64,000 nucleotides of DNA from the NCBI GenBank assembly GCA_029548865.1, contig JAKPMO010000004.1, positions 32,001 through 96,000 on the forward strand, in the 5' to 3' direction. The stretch is from Caldisericota bacterium (GTDB lineage: Bacteria; Caldisericota; Caldisericia; JAAYUI01). Below the pieces are notes generated by a model. That model had not been told where the DNA came from, searched no databases, and was given only the letters and a program-made list of their open reading frames with translations. Both the position numbers and the translations under genes were made by a program. Shown piece by piece: positions 19,457 to 27,846 of the stretch (position 1 is its first letter; every line of letters begins with the position of its first letter).

Positions 19457-21117
19457 TGTCCAGAAATGAACCACATTCTGTCTTGATAACGCCGCTTGGC
19501 GGTCTTGGCGAGATTGGCAAAAACCTGACCGTTATCGAGTGGGAAAACAACGCTGTAATAATTGATGCTGGTTTCAAATTCCCAGATGCCGATCTCCCAG
19601 GAATTGACAAAGTTATTCCGGATCTTTCATATCTGGATACTATTTCCAAGAAGATAAGGGCTGTACTCCTGACCCATGGACACGCCGACCACATCGGTGG
19701 CCTCAGATATGTTCTTGAAAAGGTCAAAGTGCCTGTTTACGGGACGGAATTGACCATCGGGCTTGCTGATGAGGTGCTTCCAGGCTCAGTTAGGCCCGTA
19801 GATTTCAGGACAGTGCAATTTGGAAAGCACTACTTTATTGCTGGTGTCAGAACAGAATTCATAAGGGTCAATCACTCCATACCAGATGGTGCGGCAATCG
19901 CACTCCACTTTCCGGCCGGGATTGTCCTACACACTGGCGATTTCAAAATTGACCTCAATCCGATTGATGGAAATCCCATGGACCTTCAAAGACTCGGGGA
20001 CCTTGGGCTGAAGGGTATACTGTGCCTTATGGCTGATTCGACAAACGCTGATGAGCCGGGCTACACCGCTTCAGAATCAACAGTTGGCAAGACCTTTGAA
20101 CAACTGTACAAGTTTGCTCCTGGCAGGATTGTTGTGGCCACTTTTGCCACAAACATTCACAGGCTCCAGCAGATTGTCGATACAACAGTAAAATTTGGAC
20201 GCAAGCTCATCATAGATGGAAAGAGCATTGTTGATACGATCAAAGTCGCGCAGAGGCTCGGCTATTTCAATATGCAGGACAGCATGATAATCACGCCAGA
20301 GCAGGCAAACAAAATGCCTCCAGAAAAAGTTGCCATTGTTACAACTGGAACACAGGGTGAACCAATGTCTGGCCTGACCAAAATTGCCAATGCCACCCAT
20401 CCAAAAATCCACATACAGAAAACTGACACTGTTCTCATTTCTGCTGACCCCATTCCAGGCAATGAAAGTCTTGTTTCAAGGACTGTTTCCGGGTTGCTGA
20501 AACTCGGTGCAAATGTCTACTATCGCAATGTTGACGGAGTGCATGTCTCTGGCCACGCATCACAGGAAGAAATGAAGATAGTCCTGGCGCTTGCCAGACC
20601 AAAGTATTTCATCCCGCTCCATGGCGAATACAAGCAGCTCTGGTTCCACGCAAAGATCGCAGAGAACATCGGAATCAACAAAGAGAACATCTTTATTTGC
20701 GACAATGGTGACCAGATACAGCTCTCGGAGAAGGTAGGGAAAATAGTAAAGAAAGTGCCTGCCGGGGCCGTATACATTGACGGGAGTTCAGTTGGAGACA
20801 TAGGCACTGTTGTCCTCAAGGAAAGATCAAAGCTTGCAAGGGATGGTTTTATGACAATATCTGTTGCAGTTTCAAAGGACACCAGGGAGATTTTGGCAGG
20901 GCCAGACATAACCAGCCAGGGCTTCATCTACATGAAAGAATCGGCAGAGACAATCGAAGTTGTAAAGCAGGCTGTCATTAACATAGTGAAAAACTGGAAG
21001 GGCGAAGGCTCATCAACAAGTGAGCTGAAAAGGCAGATAAGGGAGAAATTGTCTGATGTTTTGCTGGAAACTACAAGGAGAAGGCCGATGATACTTCCAA
21101 CGGTTCTTCAGATATGA
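19456..21117 (+). CDS. rnj: Ribonuclease J
   Basis: PLGGLGEIGKN, HGHADHIGG, HTGDFK, GTQGEP and HVSGHAS; start at the TAATG overlap with the UDG gene. Confidence 0.95.
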   Translation: MSRNEPHSVLITPLGGLGEIGKNLTVIEWENNAVIIDAGFKFPDADLPGIDKVIPDLSYLDTISKKIRAVLLTHGHADHIGGLRYVLEKVKVPVYGTELTIGLADEVLPGSVRPVDFRTVQFGKHYFIAGVRTEFIRVNHSIPDGAAIALHFPAGIVLHTGDFKIDLNPIDGNPMDLQRLGDLGLKGILCLMADSTNADEPGYTASESTVGKTFEQLYKFAPGRIVVATFATNIHRLQQIVDTTVKFGRKLIIDGKSIVDTIKVAQRLGYFNMQDSMIITPEQANKMPPEKVAIVTTGTQGEPMSGLTKIANATHPKIHIQKTDTVLISADPIPGNESLVSRTVSGLLKLGANVYYRNVDGVHVSGHASQEEMKIVLALARPKYFIPLHGEYKQLWFHAKIAENIGINKENIFICDNGDQIQLSEKVGKIVKKVPAGAVYIDGSSVGDIGTVVLKERSKLARDGFMTISVAVSKDTREILAGPDITSQGFIYMKESAETIEVVKQAVINIVKNWKGEGSSTSELKRQIREKLSDVLLETTRRRPMILPTVLQI

Positions 21118-21644
21118 TGCCAAAAAAGATTTCAGAAGAAAACCTGTTTGACGGCATCCTGTTTTCCGTCCAGAGAGAAACGTATCAGGATGAAAAAGAG
21201 TACATAAGGGAGTTTATAAGAACCAAATTTGAGGCCGCGGTTGTTCTGCCAATAACTGGCGATGGCAAGGTTATTCTGGTGAAGCAATTCAGGGCCCCTG
21301 TCCGGAGTGACTTGATTGAAGTTGTTGCTGGAAAGATCGAAGAGGGCGAGATTCCTGTCGAGGCGGCTTTTCGCGAGCTTGAAGAAGAAACTGGCTATGA
21401 GGCTGGCAACATGGTCAGCCTTGGCAAGGCTTTTGTCACGCCAGGCATAAGTACCGAAAGATCGCATTACTTTTTGGCCAGGGACCTCAAAAAGGGAATA
21501 CCCAATCCTGATGAAGATGAAAATGTGCACCCAATAGAAGTGCCGATGGCAGAATTTGAAAGAATGCTTACCGATGGGCGCATCGAAGATGCAAAATCGC
21601 TTGTCATTTATGGATTATACAAACTATGGAGGGGTGAGCAGTGA
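21114..21644 (+). CDS. NUDIX hydrolase (ADP-ribose pyrophosphatase-like)
   Basis: Nudix box GKIEEGEIPVEAAFRELEEETG, plus QFR and DAKS. Confidence 0.88.
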   Translation: MMPKKISEENLFDGILFSVQRETYQDEKEYIREFIRTKFEAAVVLPITGDGKVILVKQFRAPVRSDLIEVVAGKIEEGEIPVEAAFRELEEETGYEAGNMVSLGKAFVTPGISTERSHYFLARDLKKGIPNPDEDENVHPIEVPMAEFERMLTDGRIEDAKSLVIYGLYKLWRGEQ

Positions 21645-22192
21645 AAAATAACGCACTTAAAAAGATCGTCAGAGGATCGGCCATTGCTGCTGCATACGTT
21701 GTTTTAACTGGGCCTTTTGCTATATTTTCTTTTGGTGCCATACAGGTAAGACTTGCCGAAGCACTCACTATACTGCCATTTTTCTGGCCAGAGGCTATTG
21801 CCGGGCTTGCAGTCGGATGTTTTATCTCCAATCTGCTCTGGTCTCCATTTGGTGTCATAGACTGGACACTTGGTACTTTTGCCACGCTTTTGGCGGCAAC
21901 ACTCACATTCTTGCTGTCCAGAACAAAAAAAATATGGCTGGGTGCCATCCCTCCGATTGTCATCAATGGGCTTGTGGTTGGACTCTATGTGTCTGTTTTG
22001 CAAGGATTTTTTGATATTGGAATCCCGCAAGGATTACAGGGGTTTACAGCCACGTTCACCAATTTTAAAATCGGGGCGTATATGGTTGTTGCCGGGCAGA
22101 TAATGCTTGGTGAGGCGGTGGCCCTTGGCGTTCTTGGTGTTCCACTTGCATATGTACTAAAAAGGACTGGTTTTTTGAATGAAGGACTTTAG
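21641..22192 (+). CDS. queT: QueT-family ECF transporter S component (queuosine precursor)
   Basis: AIAAAYVVLT..SFGAIQVRLAEAL, GCFISN and D.TLGT. Confidence 0.8.
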   Translation: MKNNALKKIVRGSAIAAAYVVLTGPFAIFSFGAIQVRLAEALTILPFFWPEAIAGLAVGCFISNLLWSPFGVIDWTLGTFATLLAATLTFLLSRTKKIWLGAIPPIVINGLVVGLYVSVLQGFFDIGIPQGLQGFTATFTNFKIGAYMVVAGQIMLGEAVALGVLGVPLAYVLKRTGFLNEGL

Positions 22193-23024
22193 GCTGGCAG
22201 TAGCCCAAATCGAATCAAAATTTGGCAATCTCGCATACAACATAGAAAAACATGCTAGAGTCGCAAAGGAATTGCGTGGTAGTGGCGCCGATATGGTGCT
22301 TTTTCCTGAACTGGGGCTTTCAGGCTACAGTTTAAGGGACCTCTCGTATAGTCTTGCCATCAAGCCTGATGGCAAGGAGATGCGTCCGATAATTGAGGCC
22401 TCAAAAGAGATTGCCATTTTATGCAGTTTTCCGGAGATGTGCCCGGACCATGTGGTAAGAATCAGCGGCTGCCTCTATATCGGGGGTGAAATTGCCCAGA
22501 TATACAGAAAAATCCATTTGCCAACGCATGGCCTGTTTGAGGAGGCGAGGTATTTTGGAAAAGGCAATACCATAAAGGCTTTTGACACGCCATTTGGCAG
22601 GTTTGGGATAATGGTGTGTCGTGATCTCTGGCACCCGGAAGAAGCTTATGTACTCTCCAGGGATGGCGCCGAGATGATAATTGCCTGTTCGGCGATACCG
22701 GCAAGGGTCCTTGGAAAAAGTGGTTTCTCGGTAAAAAAGTTTTTTGAAAGAACAACTGGCAATATTGCTTTTACTAACCAGGTTTTTCTGGCGAGTGCAA
22801 ACAAGGTTGGGTATGAAGATGGTGTGGCATTTTTTGGCAATTCCGTTGTTTTTGGTCCGGATGGCCATGAACTGGCGATTCTGCCAGAGCTTGTAGAGCA
22901 TGTCCAGATCGTCGATATTGATTCATCGATCCTCGCAAGGGCAAGATACAACATGAGCCTTTACAGGGAAAGCGATTTTGGAACGGTCCTTAATGAAATG
23001 GAAAGGATTGAGAAAAATGCTTGA
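22179..23024 (+). CDS. Nitrilase-fold amidohydrolase; probable glutaminase subunit of NAD synthetase
   Basis: E-K-C triad motifs FPEL, YRKIHLP and VCRDLW; overlaps the nadE start. Confidence 0.82.
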   Translation: MKDFRLAVAQIESKFGNLAYNIEKHARVAKELRGSGADMVLFPELGLSGYSLRDLSYSLAIKPDGKEMRPIIEASKEIAILCSFPEMCPDHVVRISGCLYIGGEIAQIYRKIHLPTHGLFEEARYFGKGNTIKAFDTPFGRFGIMVCRDLWHPEEAYVLSRDGAEMIIACSAIPARVLGKSGFSVKKFFERTTGNIAFTNQVFLASANKVGYEDGVAFFGNSVVFGPDGHELAILPELVEHVQIVDIDSSILARARYNMSLYRESDFGTVLNEMERIEKNA

Positions 23025-23826
23025 AATCGATCTTGAGAGAGCGCAAAAACTCATTGAAGGGTTCATTCACTCCTGTGTAAATGGCGCTTCAATGAAGGGT
23101 GCTGTTCTAGGACTCTCAGGAGGCCTTGATTCGGCCCTTGTGGCTGCAATTGCCTCAAAGGCCCTTGGGCCAGATAATGTCTTGGGGCTCCTGCTTCCAT
23201 ACAGGCAGTCAAGCAAGGATTCGATAGAGCATGCCAAGCTAGTTGCGGAGAAATTTGGCATAAAAACCAAAACCATTGATATTTCCGATATGGCCGATGG
23301 CTACCATGAACAAATTGACAGGTTCAGGCTTGGCAATCTTCTGGCAAGGCTCAGAATGTGCGTGATATTTGACCAGTCAATGGCTGGCAAAGGCATCGTT
23401 TTGGGGACTTCCAACAAAACAGAAATGCTCCTGGGCTATTCAACGTGGTACGGCGACATGGCCGCAGGGTGCTATCCCATAGGCGATATATACAAGACCC
23501 AGGTGAGAGCGCTGGCAAAGTACATTGGTGTACCTGACGTGATAATAGAAAAGGCCCCTTCTGCGGACTTGTGGCCGGGGCAAACTGATGAGGGTGAGAT
23601 AGGCAATACATATGAGAGACTTGACCAGATACTTGACATGCTGGTTGACCAGAGGCTCCCAAAGGAAAAAATCACACAGCGTGGTTTTAGCTTACAAGAA
23701 ATTGAGACAATTGAGCTGAGGATGCGCAAGTCGCAGTTCAAGAGGGTGTTGCCACCAGTGTGCAAAATAACCGGAAGAACAATCGATCAGGATTTTAGAT
23801 ATATCAAAGACTGGTCAGTGGGATGA
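23017..23826 (+). CDS. nadE: NAD+ synthetase (synthetase subunit)
   Basis: LGLSGGLDS, GNLLARLRM, GTSNKTE..LGY.T.YGD and KAPSADLW.GQTDE. Confidence 0.94.
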   Translation: MLEIDLERAQKLIEGFIHSCVNGASMKGAVLGLSGGLDSALVAAIASKALGPDNVLGLLLPYRQSSKDSIEHAKLVAEKFGIKTKTIDISDMADGYHEQIDRFRLGNLLARLRMCVIFDQSMAGKGIVLGTSNKTEMLLGYSTWYGDMAAGCYPIGDIYKTQVRALAKYIGVPDVIIEKAPSADLWPGQTDEGEIGNTYERLDQILDMLVDQRLPKEKITQRGFSLQEIETIELRMRKSQFKRVLPPVCKITGRTIDQDFRYIKDWSVG

Positions 23827-24186
23827 TGTCAGGTCAGAGATGACCTGTCTGAGCACCATTAATACATAACCCAGCTTTGCTGTTGGTTTTGCGATAACTG
23901 CCAGCGTGCCTATTTGCCCAACTGATGAGATTACAACGTAGCCCTGGTCACCCTTCACATAGACCTGTTCAAGGTTTCCGCTTGTAAGGTCGCTGATGAC
24001 TCTTTCACCAAGCGCATAAAGGGTGGCGGACATGGCCGACATCGAATCTTCTTCGATCTCGCCAGGTATTACGGAGAATATCGGAAGACCATCTTCAGAA
24101 ACCAGTGCGCACCCCAAAATATCAGGGTTGCTTGCAGCCATCTGGTTCAGAATGTTTCTAATATAGCCAATATTTGGTTGGGGCAT
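23815..24186 (-). CDS. Roadblock/LC7 (MglB-like) domain protein
   Basis: ALVSEDGLPI, SAMSA, G.LEQVYVKG..GYV and AKLG. Confidence 0.88.
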   Translation of the reverse strand: MPQPNIGYIRNILNQMAASNPDILGCALVSEDGLPIFSVIPGEIEEDSMSAMSATLYALGERVISDLTSGNLEQVYVKGDQGYVVISSVGQIGTLAVIAKPTAKLGYVLMVLRQVISDLTSSH

Positions 24187-24195
24187 TTCAACAAA

Positions 24196-24223
24196 ATGAT
24201 AGCGGTTATGCTTTATTAGTCAA
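24196..24223 (-). promoter_or_regulatory. sigma70-type promoter of the roadblock gene (near-leaderless)
   Basis: TTGACT-16 bp-TATCAT, 9 nt before the ATG, with no SD. Confidence 0.6.
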
Positions 24224-24235
24224 TCACACCCAAAC

Positions 24236-24271
24236 AAAAAAGGCCCCAGGGAAAAATTCCTGGGGCCTTTT
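24236..24271. terminator. Intrinsic terminator downstream of the stalk-domain gene
   Basis: aaaaaaGGCCCCAGG-gaaaaatt-CCTGGGGCCtttt. Confidence 0.85.
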
Positions 24272-24291
24272 AACTGGTTCCAACTGATTTT

Positions 24292-26838
24292 TTAGTACCA
24301 GAGCCTCACTATTGTTATTTCCTTTGTCTCGGAGGCCCATTTCACGTCACAGTCAAAGGCTTCGGCGATTGCCCTGAAAGGTACAAACGTTGAGCCGTTC
24401 TTTATGAGCGGCGCAACAGTGAGTGACTTTTTTACTCCGTTGACCACCATTATCTTTGTGCCTATCTGCATAATTATTTGTTTTTCGCCAAGGACGATCT
24501 CGATGCTTTTTGATGCCTGGTCGTATTGGACTGTGGCCCCAAGGGCCTCTGAAATGACCCTGATGGGCACCATTGTTGTTCCTCGCTCAATGAAGGGAGG
24601 TACCGGGATTGGTTTTGTTGATCCATTGACAAGCATTGAGTTTGACCCAACCTGGAGCACGACGGTTGTTCTTCTGAAGTTTTCAAACTCGAATGTTTGT
24701 GAGGCGGCCTTGTTGCCGGCTTTGTCCCACGCTTCAACTGTGATGGTGTTTTTGCCGTATGTGCACTCAAGCTCGAACTCAAAACCAGCAGAAGTATTCT
24801 GGTTTTTGTCACCAATGATAATTTTGGATGACTCGTTCACCTTACCTTTTATCTTTATCGTTTTGGCTTCAATTATTTTTGGATCCAAAGCCTCAATTTG
24901 CATTTCGGGCGGGACCGTGTCCAATGTGATGGTTATTGTTTTGCGTGTGGAATTGCCGTTGGTATCAGTTGCAACTATCGTTATGGCATTGTCTCCTTCT
25001 CCAAGGAATATTTCAGCGAAAAACCTGCCATCCTGACCTACTGTTGCATCCGTTTCTGCGACTTTCACTTTTGCGCCAGGCTCAGTTTGCCCTGTGATTT
25101 TCAGTTTTGGATTATTGAAAAGCAACGGAACGTTGTTAATTGTGAGTTCTGGTGGAGTTTCGTCCCTTTTTACCTGTATGTCTTGCGAGAAAGAACCAAA
25201 GTTGCCTGCAGCGATATTGATTGTCAATTTGCCGGGTTTGTCTGGCATGACATCAAAATTGGCTTTTCCAAGTTCGTTTGTGTATTGTGTTTCGAGGATG
25301 CCTCCACCCATGACCTGGACCCTTGCCCTGTCGATTGGCTTGTTGTCATTTTTTGTTGTGACAGTGACTTCAATGTGGGCTGGTTTCCCAACTTCGAGTT
25401 TTTCCGGAGAAACGGAAACAGTTGCGCTGATCTGTGAGGTTGATTGTCTGCCAGACGCCAGGTTGAATGCCACCCATCCGTCCATATCGAGCATGAAAGT
25501 GCCATCTGGCCTGTATCTTTTTCTGACATCCTGCGGATCCGTTTCATTTATTGGTCCTCTACCGGCAAAATCAGATTGCCCGTAATGGTTTGCTCCAACG
25601 AGGCAAGTTATTCCGCAAACATCATTGGCAAAGATGTAGAACATTGTTTTTCCGCCAAAATCGAGTTCAAGAGAGTCTCTGTAATCCAGCTTGCCATCCT
25701 CATTTATGTCAGGGAACAGATAGCAGCCAGCGTATGGGGAATTGTAGATGCACCCCATTCCCCACCCGGTTGTCTGGTCGGTGTAGTCAAAGAGATAGCC
25801 GGTTGCATAAGTTCCATCATCCCATTTTGTGCATGTTGTGTTGTAAAAAGTTTTATAATTTGTTTCCTCGAACCTTCTGGTTGACGGGTTCCAGTTTCTT
25901 ACCCTGAATCCTGCTATATCATAAATCTCCCTGTTGGTTTCTTCCAGAGAGCCACTATTGTTGTAATCAATACCAAGATTTATGTAGTATCTGTCACCCA
26001 TATCGACGATGTATTCGAGATTTTTGCCGGTGAGTGGGTCTCTCTCAAGCACGATGTGTGGTTTGCTGTAATAGAAATTTGCAAGCATTGTTGTGCCAAC
26101 AGTCAGTCTTGAGGCGGTATAGCTGCTGCATGTCTGGACACCCTTTGAGTTGCCCCTGATCAGTTTGCCATCGGAAGTCTGGACAGTGGCTGTGATGCCA
26201 TAAATCCTGTTGTCTGCGGCTGTCATTACAAAATCAGGGTCACCTGGGGTGTGAAAGACCCTTTTTTCGGGATCTTCAATGTTGAATATGGCATAATCAA
26301 TGAGAGGTGCTCTGACTTTTACGGTTGTAATGCCGGTAAATTTCCTGTCAGGCGTAAATACCTGGATTTTGAATTCTCCAACATCGTTTGCACAAAAACC
26401 CTTGAAGATGTAGACCCCATCTCTTGCCATTGAGAAGTCAATTTCAATTGGCTGAATGCCAAAAAGTGTTTTATTGTTGATGTCTGTGCCATCATCATTG
26501 TGGAGATCGAGCCTTACCCAATAGTATTGGTCTAGCGTTTCGGGATGCGGGTCTTTGAAAAGATTGTTCCATACATTTTTATTTTCAATAGATCCGCCTT
26601 GTGTAAGGTCAATCGGTGTTCCTGACGAATCGGTGACTTTTATTGTGAATGGTGTTGCCGTGTCAACAAGCTCAGGAACAACACCAGCAGTAAGGACATT
26701 TGGCGTAGTTGACACTATGAGCGTTGAGACTGGCTGCAGTGTTTTGTCTATCCCATCAGCAGTGTTATTGGCTGCTTGCACAAAAGTCACCGGTATCGCG
26801 AGAAGAAAGACAAGAAACATTATTGAAACTTTCTTCAT
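24292..26838 (-). CDS. Secreted surface protein: unknown N-terminal region, Ig-like repeats, C-terminal copper amine oxidase N ('stalk') domain
   Basis: Signal peptide MKKVSIMFLVFLLA..VQA; Ig-like 'ITGQTEPGAKV' and 'DTVPPE'; stalk motifs PFIERGTTMVPIRVISEALGATV and GSTFVPFRAIAE. Confidence 0.8.
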   Translation of the reverse strand: MKKVSIMFLVFLLAIPVTFVQAANNTADGIDKTLQPVSTLIVSTTPNVLTAGVVPELVDTATPFTIKVTDSSGTPIDLTQGGSIENKNVWNNLFKDPHPETLDQYYWVRLDLHNDDGTDINNKTLFGIQPIEIDFSMARDGVYIFKGFCANDVGEFKIQVFTPDRKFTGITTVKVRAPLIDYAIFNIEDPEKRVFHTPGDPDFVMTAADNRIYGITATVQTSDGKLIRGNSKGVQTCSSYTASRLTVGTTMLANFYYSKPHIVLERDPLTGKNLEYIVDMGDRYYINLGIDYNNSGSLEETNREIYDIAGFRVRNWNPSTRRFEETNYKTFYNTTCTKWDDGTYATGYLFDYTDQTTGWGMGCIYNSPYAGCYLFPDINEDGKLDYRDSLELDFGGKTMFYIFANDVCGITCLVGANHYGQSDFAGRGPINETDPQDVRKRYRPDGTFMLDMDGWVAFNLASGRQSTSQISATVSVSPEKLEVGKPAHIEVTVTTKNDNKPIDRARVQVMGGGILETQYTNELGKANFDVMPDKPGKLTINIAAGNFGSFSQDIQVKRDETPPELTINNVPLLFNNPKLKITGQTEPGAKVKVAETDATVGQDGRFFAEIFLGEGDNAITIVATDTNGNSTRKTITITLDTVPPEMQIEALDPKIIEAKTIKIKGKVNESSKIIIGDKNQNTSAGFEFELECTYGKNTITVEAWDKAGNKAASQTFEFENFRRTTVVLQVGSNSMLVNGSTKPIPVPPFIERGTTMVPIRVISEALGATVQYDQASKSIEIVLGEKQIIMQIGTKIMVVNGVKKSLTVAPLIKNGSTFVPFRAIAEAFDCDVKWASETKEITIVRLWY

Positions 26839-26958
26839 TTTACCTCCTCTTATTTACTTGAAGATACAGTTTTTGGTGTTTTTTGGTTCAAAGAAATCTT
26901 TTATCAAGGGACTTGTTTTGATACGGATATGATGCTAAAATTCCTCGTTCGAAGGGCC

Positions 26959-27846
26959 ATGATTCAAGCATTGCAAAGAAGCGAGAAAATTTCAAAGCTC
27001 TACAGGCTTGCCTCACCATGCAACCTTTGCCCCAGAAAATGTGGAGCAATGAGAAATAAAGGTGAGGTGGGATATTGCCGCGCGCCCATGACTGTGAAAA
27101 TATCCTCAACCGGTCCTCATCCAGGAGAAGAGCCGCCAATTTCTGGGAAAAATGGTTCAGGCACAATCTTTTTCACATATTGCACAATGTCGTGTAAGTT
27201 TTGCCAAAATTATCCGATCTCTCAATTGCATAATGGCTATGAAGTAACGGTTGAAAAGCTTGCAGAAATTATGCTGGAGCAGCAAACAAGAGGTTGCCAC
27301 AATGTAAACCTTGTGACCCCAACACATTATGCTGCACAAATTGCAGAAGCAATTGAGATTGCTAAAGCGGGTGGACTTTCTATTCCAATTGTTTATAATT
27401 GTTCTGGTTTTGAATCAGTTGAAGTGTTAAAATTTTTGGAAGGATTTATTGACATTTATCTTCCAGATGCGAAATATGATTCAGATAGCGAAGCACTAAG
27501 AAATTCTGGTGCGGTAAAATATGTTGAGAACAATAGGGTGGCTTTGGTTGAGATGTACAGGCAGGTTGGTAATCTAGTAATGGACGAAAATGGGATCGCA
27601 AAGAGAGGTCTCATAATAAGGCATCTGGTTCTTCCGGAGGGAAGGGCTGGAACAAAAGGAGTTTTGAACTGGATTGTAAAAAATATTCCAAACGTCCATC
27701 TTTCGCTGATGAGCCAATATTTTCCTGCTCACAGAGCGCTTTCAGAGCCAGGTTTAAACAGGAACATAACAGAAGATGAATATGAAGAGGCACTTGACTG
27801 CCTTGAGGAGGTGGGGATAACAAATGGTTGGACACAGCCGTTTTAG
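26959..27846 (+). CDS. Radical SAM protein, PflX-like
   Basis: CNLCPRKC, GEEPPISG..GSGTIFF, CxxxCxxC (CTMSCKFCQN) and IRHLVLP. The start could instead be 26929. Confidence 0.88.
   Translation: MIQALQRSEKISKLYRLASPCNLCPRKCGAMRNKGEVGYCRAPMTVKISSTGPHPGEEPPISGKNGSGTIFFTYCTMSCKFCQNYPISQLHNGYEVTVEKLAEIMLEQQTRGCHNVNLVTPTHYAAQIAEAIEIAKAGGLSIPIVYNCSGFESVEVLKFLEGFIDIYLPDAKYDSDSEALRNSGAVKYVENNRVALVEMYRQVGNLVMDENGIAKRGLIIRHLVLPEGRAGTKGVLNWIVKNIPNVHLSLMSQYFPAHRALSEPGLNRNITEDEYEEALDCLEEVGITNGWTQPF

Noticed and set aside
21560..21641. preQ1 riboswitch ahead of queT
   Set aside because: queT overlaps the upstream NUDIX stop codon, so there is no leader, and I saw no recognisable aptamer.
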